From Octopus sinensis (taxonomy: Eukaryota): 64,000 bases of DNA. This document shows, piece after piece, positions 12,079-24,999 of the stretch (the first letter of the stretch is position 1; each line of letters opens with the position of its first letter). The DNA lies in contig NC_043014.1 in NCBI RefSeq assembly GCF_006345805.1, positions 15,996,001 through 16,060,000 on the forward strand, given 5' to 3'. The position numbers were made by a program, and so were the translations under genes. The notes beneath the pieces are model-generated. The model was not told the DNA's origin. It was given only the letters and a program-made list of their open reading frames with translations, and ran no database searches.

Positions 12079-13728
12079 TTTGTTCTTCCCTTCCCAAATC
12101 ACAATGAGTGGGAGACTGCTTTCTCTGCATTCTAACAGAGATGCTTGCACAAATATTACCTCATCCTATCCAAATATTTTAAGGGCTGATGAAAATTGCC
12201 GTCAATTACAGAATAGTCATTTCATCAATAATAACAGTATCTGCAAATGGAAAAAAATATGCTGGGTGGAAACCACCAAGCAACAATATAGAACTTTTCA
12301 CCCCCTCCCTACGAACAAAGAATTTGTCAAAGAATTTAAAATTATCTTCCATATTACTTGTAATTATAATTTAAATAGGCAATGGAACCTCTAAATTCAA
12401 GTTCTATTGATTAAACAAACTGAATCTCCACTAGCATCATTTGCCTTAACACTACATTTACATTTGGAAACAAAATTTAACACTTGTTTTTAGTTATGAT
12501 TAAAACCAAAATTAATTTTGCAGCCATGCAATGCTGTGATAAATTTATCTTATTACATTTTCATCCTATTTTCTTTTGTAAATTTAGTCATTGCAATACA
12601 ATGAAAAATCTGAAACAAAATAAAAAAAGCAATCTCTCCAACCCGTGAATTAACCTATCATACCTGAAGAATTTGTAGGAGTGTTTCAGGATAATATATA
12701 GTACATCATACTGTAGAACTTTCTTCTGTCATCCATTTCAAAATTCTATCAGTATTGCAGCAATAACAACTCATTTCAAATGGGACTTCATTCTGGAGAA
12801 CATTTAAAAATTCTGGTTCACTATTTAAAAATGTGATGTTTCATAAGAACCTATTTGTTTCCTATTCATGTAACCATGAAGCTCAAGATTTCACCCTAAT
12901 TTGTCAGCACATTTGTATATTCCAAAGCATTAGTGTTGTATGTCATCCAGAGCTGTTTTGTTGTATGCAGTTAAAATAGCTTGTCACTTTTTCAGTTTAG
13001 TATCTTATGTGGGATTGTCTTTTTGTGAATGTAAATTCATGTTTGCCTTGTCTATTTCCAGTTCCAGATTTGGTTATGATGCTCAATAAATTACAACTTA
13101 TTTCATTTAGAAAATGTGAAACTTGTTAAAATTTACAGAAACCCTTTTCTTCGAATATTCAAAAGCCATGTTTCATGAAGCACTCATCCAACACAACATT
13201 CCTGCCACTGCAGTTGTCCCAAGTGTCTTGGACAAGTATGCAAATTGCCTTGTAAGCTTCAAATATTGGACAGCAGACCTAAAAAGGAAAAGATCTTTTG
13301 TTGTTCAACTATTTTGTTAAACTTCAAAACAATACTAAAATATATATCCAAAAAATACCATAGTTATCTTAGCCACTTCATTGACAACCTAACCAGATAG
13401 CTCTATACACAAACTTTGGATTGGATATAATAGTATGCCTGCCCCATCATGCATTGCCTATGTGTCAGTTTTAATTCTATAAAACGCTTCAATACTACAC
13501 AAGATAAACAGAATATTCATGTAGCAGCTATTGATGTATTACTGACTGGCAAACAAGATCATAAATGAACTGATATGTCTACTTTAAGCCTATCAACCAT
13601 TTACATAGGTGTGAAATTCAAATTTCATTTCGTCAAGTCGAACGGAAAACTGCACTTGTGAAAAAAGTCTATTCATCTAACTGGTTCAAGACTAAATCAA
13701 GTTATCTCCCCTTAAATCTGCAACAAAG

Positions 13729-14012
13729 TTTTTGAGAGAAGCTTATATTTAGAAGTTATTTCACGTTAAAGTTGTAGTATTTCGGTAATTTCAACCAAGC
13801 AATGACGTGTATTCAGCTGAATAAATTATTGCTGTTGTCAACAAGAACTCCTGGCGGTGTATACTTCGTTTGTCACTTATTTTTGACAACCCTAACCCCT
13901 TACAGCTAAAACCAGTACAAACGCACGAACGATGTCATCATTTATTGGTTGAAATTACCGAAATACAACTTTAACGTGAAATAACTTCCTAAATATAAGC
14001 TTTTCTCAAAAA
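13729..14012. mobile_element. Inverted-repeat core of a MITE-like non-autonomous DNA element
   Basis: ~70-bp arms TTTGAGAGAAGCTTATATTTAGAAGTTATTTCACGTTAAAGTTGTA.. / ..TACAACTTTAACGTGAAATAACTTCCTAAATATAAGCTTTTCTCAAA. Confidence 0.7.
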
Positions 14013-14611
14013 CGCTAAGAGTAAAAGATATTTTACGACACATTCTGCCAGTGTCCAAAAAATTATTTTTTAAATCTGTCGGTCAAAAAAGGTAAAGATC
14101 TCAAAATGCTACATGTGATTTCAATAAGAGTGGAAAGTTGGGGTAAAATAGTGAAAAGAACATTCCACTCCTTTTAAGCAACTTGTATTGTCTACTTCTG
14201 CCCACTCCCTTGTAAATATGTGCTTGTATATTATGATATAACTAGTTTTATATTGAAAATTACAAGATCCAATCCAAAGTTAAACTGTGCATTAATTTTC
14301 TGGCAGCATCTAAAAACTTAATATTATCTAATCAGACATTTATCTTAGAAAACGCTGCACCACCTTGATGGTTTAGGTGGTCTATACTTTGTCCAAGAGA
14401 TGGTACCATTATATATAACAGCTTGTAGTAACATAGAATAGTTTCCCCATTACGAGAAAACCAAGAAACAAGATTAACGTTACATATATTAGAAACAGAC
14501 AAGCGTTTGGAATGAAGCACATTTTAAGGCCTAAACTTGCATTTTCGACAATCTTTTACATGTTTACGTGTAAGGATAGCGTGTGTAAAACGAATATGAA
14601 AAAAAGAGAGA

Positions 14612-15087
14612 GCTGACGACTCTGGGGTGGGGAGGAGACTTTCGGAAAATTCACAAGATCCGATTTTTCCGTCATAAATTGGGGTAAAATGGATATAGAT
14701 TTTTACGGAATCCCACGTTTTTGGCTATAGAGGATTCGATTCTGAAAATTTTTTTTTCAAAATTTCATTACGTCATCGCAGCTTTGTGAGATTTGGCCGT
14801 TATTTCTAGCATGTGGATAGCCTGCTTAAAGGCCTGAGGGTATATGTATTATTGTTGAAAAATTGAAGTTTTACAAATTTCTTTCAGAATCGTAATCTTC
14901 GCATTTCTCTACCTATTTCGGTCACCCACAAAATCCGGAAAAGGCTACTTTTGAAAAATTTCCAGGATCGAATCCTCCATAACCAAGAGCGTCGGATTCC
15001 GTAAAAAAATATCCATTTTCTCAAAAGTTATAACGGAAAAATCAGATGTTCCGAAAGTCCCCTTCCCACCCCGCCAGGATCGTCAGC
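14612..15087. mobile_element. MITE-like element with ~140-bp imperfect inverted arms
   Basis: GCTGACGA..GGGGTGGG..GACTTTCGGA..TTTTACGGAATCC mirrored by GGATTCCGTAAAA..TCCGAAAGTC..CCCACCCC..TCGTCAGC. Confidence 0.75.
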
Positions 15088-17002
15088 GAACATTTTCATC
15101 ATATTCGTTTTCCACACACCGGGGAATGTAAAAAAAAAAATATCCTAAAAAAACAACCAAATTGTACGGTGTGCTTCGCCAGCATCACACTAGATAAATC
15201 TCTACACGATATTAACCAAGACAAAACAAAGAGAAAACCTATCAAATTATGTGGAATCCCAAAATATAAGCACTTCCTGACCTTGTTTCCTTACTTTCAG
15301 AAATAACGAAGTTATCTAATGAAATTCCAACTTTCAGGTAATGTACATCGCGATTATAACGCAATTTAATGTGAGAAAGAGTTGCGCGCTCACCATCTAG
15401 ATAATGAAGCTCGAAATTATACCCACATTAAATTCCGATACCATCGTAATTTACATCTGAATGTTACTTCATGGAAATTTTCATTACAAAACACCCAATT
15501 TTCATGAAGTTGAGGAAACAAAATCTAAGAGTACATTATAAAAACCGCCAACTTATCCTTAATAAAATCATTTTACAGTGACAAAGCATAGTAGGAAGTT
15601 ACTTCAAAAATACAAGCTCATCTCTGTATTTGTTCACATCACAAAACTCCCACATCTGAAATCAATGATATATATTAACTCAAGGTGTAAAACCTCTTTA
15701 AACAAAGAGAAATTATCTATGAACTACAAAACTAAAACAAGTAGAGACTGCAACTCATGTGGTGACAAAACTTACCTTAACCAAAAATCATGGCCCAGGC
15801 AATTATCATCGTTATGTGTAGCTTGGTTGAACAAGATTTAACAGCTCCCCAATATCTGATGACTTTTTGTCTACCCTGTCACAGAATAGCCTTCCTATAA
15901 TTCTTCTAGTTATTTTTTTGCCAAAGAAGCTGACTTCGTCTTGCCAGCAACTCAGCCCCATTTTCATCCAGGTAACATAGTGTTGGGGGGAAAAAAAGAC
16001 ACATATTGGTACAAATTCCAATACTTTTATCAACAAACAATATTTACAATATCAATAGCCTGAAGCTAATTTAAGACTTATCAAAGATAGAAGCGTTACA
16101 TCTTAAAATACAATTTCGGGCACAATCACTCATTCACAATAATACACCTTGTTTTAATTTTAAGAATATTACATGACTCAATTGCAGAATAAACGAATAA
16201 AAGTAACAAGCTTTCATCGAAATATATCAATGCTAATTATATAACTATTTCAAGTTAAAATATAAGCATTCTAAATACCAAGTGTTTCGAGAAATGAACG
16301 CAAAATGAATTCAATCCTCGCATACAAGCAAAATAATCAATATTTGCTACCAAAGGTTAAAATTTTAAATTATGGGCGGTCCACGTCCAATGACATTTGT
16401 AATTTTTTTTTTTTTTTTTGTTGCAATGTGGTCATATACTGAACTAAGAACTCTTTCCACATAATTCAGAAGAATTCATTTTCATTTATGAAGTAGTCAA
16501 GATAAGCGCGTAACGAATATCACTATTCCAATTCTGACCTTGGAATTGAAATGTCAAAATATCGATATTAAACACGAGCTATAAATAGCTTGACAAAGTG
16601 TAATCAATATTTGTTTCCCCTTGACAGGAAATTACTAAAATTTGCATGGAGAAAAATATCCAAATAGAAATAGCCAGCTAAAACAAGTGGCTTCTTAAGC
16701 GTGGAAAACAACAAATTCCATCTAAAACTATATTCAGATTAATTTTACAAAAAAGATAATTTGTGAATTGCTATATCCCGCTTACTCGAGTATTCTGCAA
16801 AGCCAACCAAAGCAGCATCATACAGTGATATTTCCCATCCAAACTGGCATACACAAACCAAGTGCCTTGAATTAGTTTACTTTAAAGCTAACGTCGCTTT
16901 CGATTCCCTTAAAGTAACCGTACTATCAATCGAACATATTCACATTGCATCACAATCCAGTGTTGCCATACCGCGACCATAAAATATACTCAATACAATA
17001 CA

Positions 17003-17630
17003 GGGCGAAGTTTCGGTTGTCGTAGCACAAGTTTCCGTCGATTTCCGTAAAAAACTTTTATTTTTTTACATAGGGCTTGCGGGAACTTTTGAAGTAATGA
17101 GAGCGAAAGAGACTAAGAGAAAGCGATTGTATGACGAGGGAAGTTCTTTTGAAGTTACCGTGCATGGCAAGCATTGATGTACATGTGTGTGTGTGTGTTT
17201 CATGGAGTGTGGGAGACAGACAGTATGTTGTGTAAGTGAAGTGCTTCTGTTAGTGTGTGCGAAGAGACAGAGAGAGTAATGTGTGAAAGAGAGAGATAAC
17301 TGACATTTTTTACTCGGTGTATGTGTATATGTATGTATGTATGGTGTGTGTGTGTATGTATGGCCGATTCAGTGTAATTTTTTTACTCGGTGTATGTGTA
17401 TATGTATGTGTGCGTGTGTATGTATGTATGTATGTATGTATGGTGTGTGTGTGTATGTATGGCCGATTCAGTGTAATTTTTTACTCGGTGTATGTGTATA
17501 TATGTCTGCATGTATGTGTGTGTGTATGTATCTATGTATGTGTGTGTGTATGTATGTATGGCCGATTCAGTGTTTACATTTTTTACGGAAATCGACGGAA
17601 ACGTGTGCTACGACAAACGAAACATCGCCC
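17003..17630. mobile_element. MITE with ~52-bp TIRs, apparent 6-bp TSD (AATACA) and internal microsatellite-rich triple repeat
   Basis: TIRs 17003-17054 and 17579-17630 (3 mismatches); AATACA at 16997-17002 and 17631-17636. Confidence 0.8.
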
Positions 17631-19659
17631 AATACAGATGTCAATATCAATCATTCACTCCAACACGAATCACCATCAGCATCTCATACATTCAAGTGAC
17701 AACATTCACATCGTGTCCACATACACCGTTTAGCAAAAGTAAAACACTAGGGTTTACCTGAACCGTTGTATAGATATCCTTTGTTGTATCTGTATGTACA
17801 CAATATGATGGGGAGACATGAGCCTGGACAAGACAAAGGGTTTGGGTCCAAAGTAGCCAACTGGCGGCAACCCGTGGACCGGAAGAAATGACAGACCTTG
17901 CTGTAGTCTCAATAACAGGATTCTCAAGGTGAACACTGTAGCCATAAAATACAAACAAATTGCGTGGACGAGAAAATGCTATAACACAAGCAAGCATGTT
18001 TATAACAACTAATTGTTAGAGAAAATTCTTATCGTTTACCTCTTGAATTCAAACAGTATTCCGAAAACTATTCCCAAGAATACAGGTCTGGCATATGAAA
18101 TAGACCTAAAATCTCCGTAAATGCGGCCAAGCAAACACCTAAAGACGATCATCTTTGAGAGAAGAGCAAATCTACATCTCAAATCAAATTTAATCTTCAC
18201 AACGAAATGTCATTGCATTAGCATACAGAAAAATGCTTCGCATACTACGACAAATGAAGTTTATGATTAGTGAATTTCGTCACAATATTTAAATTCATGT
18301 AAAACAGGATTCTAAATTCACGTCAATTTAGCTTAAGAATGTTTCCGTTATCTTTACGTATGACGTATTTTGTTCTCTAAAATTTTTAATTAGAAAAAAA
18401 AAAAATTCCGTCATAATTCTCATATCGTCTGATCTACATCAGAACTATCTTAATTAAAAACCATCGTTTTACAATTATATTAACTTGAGATTTTTTTTTA
18501 AATGTCAATTTGAAAAAAAAATTAGTCTACAAAATAAGGTCACGAACTAAATACAATAGACGTAGAAAGAAATCAAAATGGCGTCTCAAGGACACTCGAC
18601 CTTTACTCAACACAACTTACAATTTTACCCACACACGTCACTCATCACTCACAGTAAGCAGGTTATTTCTTCTAGTAGCAGGTTCCGTCACAAAATGGTT
18701 TATTTCAATTTTATACGGCCAGCTTTCTCCTACTGAGGTATATGGCTATAGAAAAAAGAAAACCACGAACAAAGAGAATTGCGCCGCAACAAATTTCGCT
18801 ATTATTTCAATAAAATTAAATTATTGTAAGCATTTACACTGTAACCAATGTAATATATGTAGTTTCTTTAAAATTATTGTATTTTTGATTGTTTTTTCGC
18901 TTATAAAGAATTTTTATTACATTTGGAGCTGAAAATGTATAGAAGAATGTAAAGAGAAACCTTACAAAACGCGATTGTTTGATGTAGATGCCCGTGTACT
19001 TTTTCCAAGCTGCCAGGGTGGATGCGGAATATATTAAAAGTTTAACCATGATTACCCATAAAATGTAGGAATATACGCAGGAATTTAAGCAGAAATGGTA
19101 TGAGTACTTGGGAACCAGGATAGATCAGTGAACCTTTGATTCTCACTATGTTGACAAGCCAGATTGTCGAAGTATTTCACTTCTAATAATGTTAACTGCA
19201 GAAGAAAAAGTCAAGTAAAATATTAAAAAGAATAATAGACATATGTATAACACAAAATACAAATTTTATTTTCTGATATTTTACAAAACGTTGCACAAAT
19301 AATTAAATTTCGAAAAATAAGGGAAAAAGTTTTACGACAAATTGACAAAAACTTGCTGAGGCGACCAGGTACTGCAACTGCAGGAAAATAGTACACAAGT
19401 AGTATTTATACTAATAGGTCTAATCACATTTTTCGGTATTAATACGCACCCAAGGTAAAATATAGTTCCTTTCACATTTTGTTTTTATTTTCAAATACAA
19501 TTAAACCTAATAGATATTTTCCTCGTCCATCAAATAAAAATTATATATTAAATATATTAGAAAAAATATATCAAAATTTAAAACTTATAATACGATATAC
19601 ATAAATAGTATCATCGCGGAGGAATTCGTTAATGTTTGTTCTGCGACTCACACCCACGT

Positions 19660-19915
19660 CTTGATCACGTGTTGTTTACTTCATAGTAGTTGCCACGTCA
19701 CTTCATGGCCTAAAAAGAAGCTAAAGCCCCCCCCCCCCTCCGCCATTTTACATGTATCAAATATTAAAATAAATATTTACAAAAATCTAAAATGTAGAAT
19801 AATTACTAAAGTAAACTCCGATTGTTATTGTTTTAATAAAATATATTTCTTATTTTCTGCATTGAAAATTATTTAACAATCATGTTTAAAAATAAAAATA
19901 AATGGCGTCCCGGAA
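19660..19915. promoter_or_regulatory. Candidate bidirectional core promoter with divergent YY1-like motifs
   Basis: CGCCATTTT 19741-19749 (AAAATGGCG on minus), AAATGGCG 19900-19907 next to ETS-like CCGGAA 19909-19914, E-box CACGTG 19666-19671, minus-strand GTGAGT donor at 19651. Confidence 0.35.
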
Positions 19916-20778
19916 AATGAACTAAATGTTGGATATTTGATTTTAACTAGAAAGTAACTAGTTTGACTAAAAATAAAAATCCTTTTAGATAATCTGTTAC
20001 TCAAAAATTTGTTAAGAATGTATAAAAAATATATCAATACGACATATAGAATGATGGCTGATCGCCATTGTTTGAAATCTATAGCGTTGTGAAATTTAGG
20101 TTATTCGACTTAGTCAATAATAACTCCCATTTTCCATGGTTCAAGAGTTATAAACATTTTTATGTCTATTAAAATAAATATAGATTATAATGTTAGGCGA
20201 TCTTTCGTTTGTAGTGTTAATAATAATAGTAATAGTAAAGTCGCTGAGAATGGTTTTAAGTGTGGTTTCACAGTTTTATACTTACGAAATACAAAACCGA
20301 ATTAATAGGAAGCATTATCTTAATAATCGAGTCATATGTAGTTTTAAAAAGTAAATGCTAACGAACGGAGAAACGATCAGCTAAAGTAAAAGCTATATAT
20401 AAAGTGTGTGTATATAACTGACGAAAAATCTCCAAGGAAACTAAGACCTATTTATCATCACAGAACGACGCTAAACTTTCTGAATCCCCTAAGTTTCTTT
20501 TTTGGAATAAACTGATAATTTCAAGTTAATTTTTTTTTTTTTTGGCTATTAAATCGAGTCATTAGGTTAGAAAATTCAATGAGTAATTGTTTGTATGTGT
20601 GTGTACAATTATATATAACACACACAAATATAAATATGTGTGTATATATATATATATATATGATAGGGTAAAATCAGTAATAATTTTACCAAGTAGTAAG
20701 TTCGTAAATAAAAACCTTTTAGTAAATTTTACAAATTATTCTATATATTTATATATACATATATGTATATACACATAA

Positions 20779-20810
<32 letters not shown>

Positions 20811-21939
20811 GATTGATTGATTATATATATTGATTGAATATATATATATACACACACACACACACATATATATATAAAAATCCTTTCAATACACTATTTT
20901 GTGCAACAGCAATTTGTAAAATTTATAGAAAAGTATCGACACAACAATCGCCATAATTTTTTTTAAACATGGGGTTGGAATATTTGCAATAATCAAATCC
21001 GTTTATATAGTAATTATGATTATCCACTTTAATGTTTTTCAAACATTTCTTATGTATATTACAATGTATCGATAATAAAGAAACAGTTACTAAAACTATT
21101 TTACAGTAGTAGTAAAAACTAACAATAGTATTTCTTCTATGATGCCGTGGGGGTAGCCATTATTTATACATTTATATTAGTCTCGTGTTAAAGCTATGGT
21201 GGAGTTATATTCGTTAATAAGAGGAAATATCTCAAAAGAATTTTATTTAAAAAAAACTTTAAAATAAACTATCTTGTGCGTATAAACATACACACACAAT
21301 TTGGTATCGTTGATATATATATATATGCACGTATGTATATTTGGTTGCATCATCATTAAAATAAAGCATCGAAACGACAGGCTTGTCGCCATTGTTATAA
21401 TAGCTATGGCGTTGAGAAATTTAGTTTAATCGAATTGGTCAATATATTATCTAAAACTCTCACTTTCCGTAGTTGAATGTATTCAAATATTTCTGAAGTT
21501 TATTGCAATATGTACAAAGAAACTATTTGGAATATTTTATAGGAGTAGCTTGAAAGTAACGACAGTATCCTATGACGTAAGGGTTCCCATTTTTGAACAA
21601 GTTATAAGGAAGGACTATCCCACTTTACGAGTTCTTTTATTTCAGAAAATGTAAGAAAAATATACATCATTACAGTATATTTAGATAAAGATATTTAATA
21701 TGTGTTTATATTTTGAATACACATGCTGTTTCAACTAAAGAAAAATCCTTTTTTAAAATACATAACAATAAAAAACCCTGGAGTCAATTTATTCGAGAAA
21801 AAATGCCCCAACATGTCTGCAGTCAAATGACTGAAACAAATAAAATGAAAATGAAAACCATCGATACAACAGATCGAGATTTATATTACATATATACACA
21901 CACACACACACATGTAGAGAGAGGTGTGGTGTATGTATA

Positions 21940-22150
21940 TTGGCAGAAACGTTAGCGCGCCGGGCGAAATGCTTAGCGGTATTTCGTCTGTCGATACGTT
22001 CTGAGTTCAAATTTCGCCGAGGTCGACTTTGCCTTTCATCTTTTCGAGGTCGATAAATAAAGTACCAGTTTCGCACTGGGGTCGATGTAATCGACTTAAT
22101 CCCTTTGTTTGTCCCTTCTATGTTTAACCCCTTGTGAGCAGTAAAGAAAT
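21940..22150 (+). mobile_element. tRNA-derived SINE (family with TGGCAGAAACGTTAGC head)
   Basis: A-box-like head, B-box-like GAGTTCAAAT, GTCGAC..GTCGAT core; degenerate relatives near 55.8, 57.1, 57.5 and 59.8 kb. Confidence 0.75.
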
Positions 22151-22659
22151 ATATCTGTATGTATGTATAGTTCTAAAGAGGAAATACTTGGTGATGTTAT
22201 CAATAAACTATGTAAGGTGTGGAAACGACGGAAGGAATGACGCATGGTCACCATAGTTTTATACATTTGTAACTATGGTGTTAAGAATGTTACAATAAGC
22301 TAATAAATCAACTATGATAATCCACTTTCTGTGGTTCGATCTTTTCAAATATTTATTATGTGAAGTACAATGTATAGATAATAAATAGTGTTATTGAAAA
22401 TATTGGTAACGAAGATGTTATTGAGAATGCTAGTAATGAAGATGTTCTATTGTGTTAAGTTACCAATATTATACATTTGTTAAAAGTTTTAAAAATCTCA
22501 CTATCCTATCGTGTGTGAGAGTAAACTGTCACTGTGTGTAAATATATATGTGTGTGTGCATATATGCACACGCATACCACATACACATATTGTATATATA
22601 CATAAGGGACTATCCCTTTACATAGACATAAACATATCTATTCATTCGTCCATCTTCCC

Positions 22660-22900
22660 TGTCCACTATTCCTGGAAGGGTCATTGGGGAAGAGTCCTCA
22701 GGAACCTCCTCCACTGGGTCCTATCAGAACTATCATTGGAATTTCTGGCTGGATTTCCAAGCCTGTCCAATTGATGCCATGGATATTATCCAACCATCTT
22801 GTATGTGGTCTACTCTCGGGTATCTTGCTGATTGGTTCAGCTTGAAGAATCCCTCTTGCAATTCTTTCCTGCAACATGTCGGGTGGCTTTGGAACTCTGG
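22660..22900 (-). mobile_element. Degenerate LINE ORF2 C-terminal fragment (RTE/BovB-like)
   Basis: Translation ..RPHTRWLDNIHGINWTGL.. resembles the GRP.TRW.DNI...TGL C-terminal motif. Confidence 0.5.
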
Positions 22901-23161
22901 AAAAGACACTGAAGCAAAGCCAACCTGGATTGATAACATCAATTTTTTTAAATGGAGACAAGAGAAAGCGCTCTAATTATAGAGGGGAATCTCTTTATTC
23001 AGCCTCCCTGGTAAAGTCTATGGTTAATGTCTGGAAAAGAAATGTATGGAAATTGTTAACTTGAAGCTAGCTGAAGAATGGCATGACTTCCATCCTGGGG
23101 ACAGCAAAACCAACCATCTTTCAAAGAGCTATAGACATACACACAATACTACATATATTAT

Positions 23162-23304
23162 ACAGGCATGGCTGTGTGGTAAGAAGTTTGCTTCCTAACC
23201 ACATGGTTCCAGGTTCAGTCCCACTGCATGGCACCTTGAGCAAGTGTCTTCCACTATAGCCTTGGATTTGGTTGACAGAAACTGAAAGAAGCCCATCATA
23301 TATA

Positions 23305-23336
<32 letters not shown>

Positions 23337-23470
23337 TATGAATTTGTGTGTCTGTGTTTGTCCTCCACCTCTATCGCTTGACAACCGATGTTGGTGTGTT
23401 TAAGTCCCCCTGACTTAGTGGTTCAGCAAAAGAGACCGATAGAATAAGTACTAGGCTTACAAAGAGTAAA
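23162..23470 (+). mobile_element. SINE (GGCTGTGTGGTAAGAAGTTTGCTTCC family)
   Basis: Head GGCTGTGTGGTAAGAAG..GGTTCAGTCCCACTG, internal (TG)n, GATAGAATAAGTACTAGGCTTACAAAGA; many copies in window. Confidence 0.85.
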
Positions 23471-23511
23471 AGAAAATATAGAAGGATCAGTTAATTATGA
23501 TTTTATTCAAC

Positions 23512-24504
23512 GTGGACGAGGTGGTGAAGCACGACCTTCGAACTTTAGGTCTCACCAAGGAAATGACTGAAGACCGAGTCCTATGGAAGTGTGCTGTGCA
23601 TGAGAGGACCCGGCAGGACTAGTCAGGCATATCCCGTGGCCCCTACCTGGGATGTAGTCGATCCACCTGTGCATACCTTCCTTCTTGTGACACTTGTGAA
23701 GACCTGCTGAGGCAAGTGAAAATCAATCAAAACAAATCAAAATAGATGAACATCAATGGAATTTGTATCTTTGTGGTACCAGTGCCTGTGGCACACAAGA
23801 AAACCATCCGAACGTGGCCGTAGCCAGTACCGCATCGACTAGCCTCCGTGCTGTGGGAACATGGTGGCACATAAAAACACCATCCGAAGACCCGGCAAGA
23901 CTAGTCAGGCCATAACCTGTGGCCCCTACCTGGTCAGTCCACCTGTGCATACCTTCCTTCTTGTGACACTTGTGAAGACCTGTTGAGGCAAGTGAAAATC
24001 AAAACAAATCAAAATAGATGAACATCAATGGAATTTGTATCTTTGTGGTACCAGTGCCAGTGGCACGTGGCACACAAGAAAACTATCCGAACGTGGCCGT
24101 AGCCAGTACCGCATCGACTGGCCTCCGTGCTGTTGGCACGTAACAAACACCATCCGATCGTGGCCGTTTGCCAGCCTCATCTGGCACCTGTGTCGGTGGC
24201 ACATAAAAACACCATCCGAGCGTGGCCGTCTGCCAGCCTCGTCTGGCACCTGTGTCGGTGGCACATAAAAAACACCATCCGAGCATGGCCGTTTGCCAGC
24301 CTCGTCTGGCACCTGTGTCGGTGGCACATAAAATCACCCACTACACTCTCGGAGTGGTTGGCGTTAGGAAGGGCATCCAGCTGTAGAAACACTGCCAGAT
24401 CTGACTGGACTGGTGCAGCTTTCGGGCTCCCCAGACCCCAGTTGAACCGTCCAACCCATGCTAGCATGGAAAGCGGACGTTAAATGAAGATGATGATGAT
24501 GATG
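23512..24504 (+). mobile_element. 5'-truncated RTE LINE 3' end with internal ~270-bp duplication and (GAT)n tail
   Basis: Matches ORF end and 3' UTR of the RTE at 41.2-41.83 kb; splits a MITE whose intact copy is at 56.34-56.56 kb. Confidence 0.88.
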
Positions 24505-24739
24505 ATTCCCCTCTTAGATTCACACACTTATTGCAACAGTCCTTCAGTTTTTCTAAGCCCTGTAAAAGGATGCAGAAGGTTGGGCCTCCAATCAGGCCTT
24601 TCACGATACCCTCAAAACCAAGAACTTTTCAGCACTGGGGTCGATTTGTTCAACTAAAGGCGGTGCTCCAACATGGCGGCAGTCAAATGACTGAAACAAC
24701 TAAAAAAATGAATGCCTGAATGCCTGCCTACCTACTAAC

Positions 24740-24770
<31 letters not shown>

Positions 24771-24962
24771 CCTATCTATCCATCTACACACACACACACA
24801 TTAAAAAAATGTCCTGTTCCTTTGGTTTGTGTCTATGTTTTCGTTTCTCTATGTGTTCGACGTCCCTTTGGTGTCCTGTACTCATATATGCGTGTATATG
24901 TACATGTAGAGGTAGGTACGTACATATATGTTTATATATATGCATATGTTTTATTTCTTTTA

Positions 24963-24994
<32 letters not shown>

Positions 24995-24999
24995 CTCTT

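Larger units (their letters stand above)
1..19760 (-). ncRNA. Candidate multi-exon, largely non-coding transcript whose 3' part is the tandem array
   Basis: Minus-strand donors GTGAGT (19651), GTAAAC (17757), GTAAGT (15775), GTATGA (12663), GTATGT (12068), GTAAAA (11850); polypyrimidine-AG acceptors at 17936, 13279, 12241, 11964, 11363, ~10824, ~10531, ~10222 and in array monomers; most exon-like segments checked have stops in all frames. No expression data. Confidence 0.45.
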
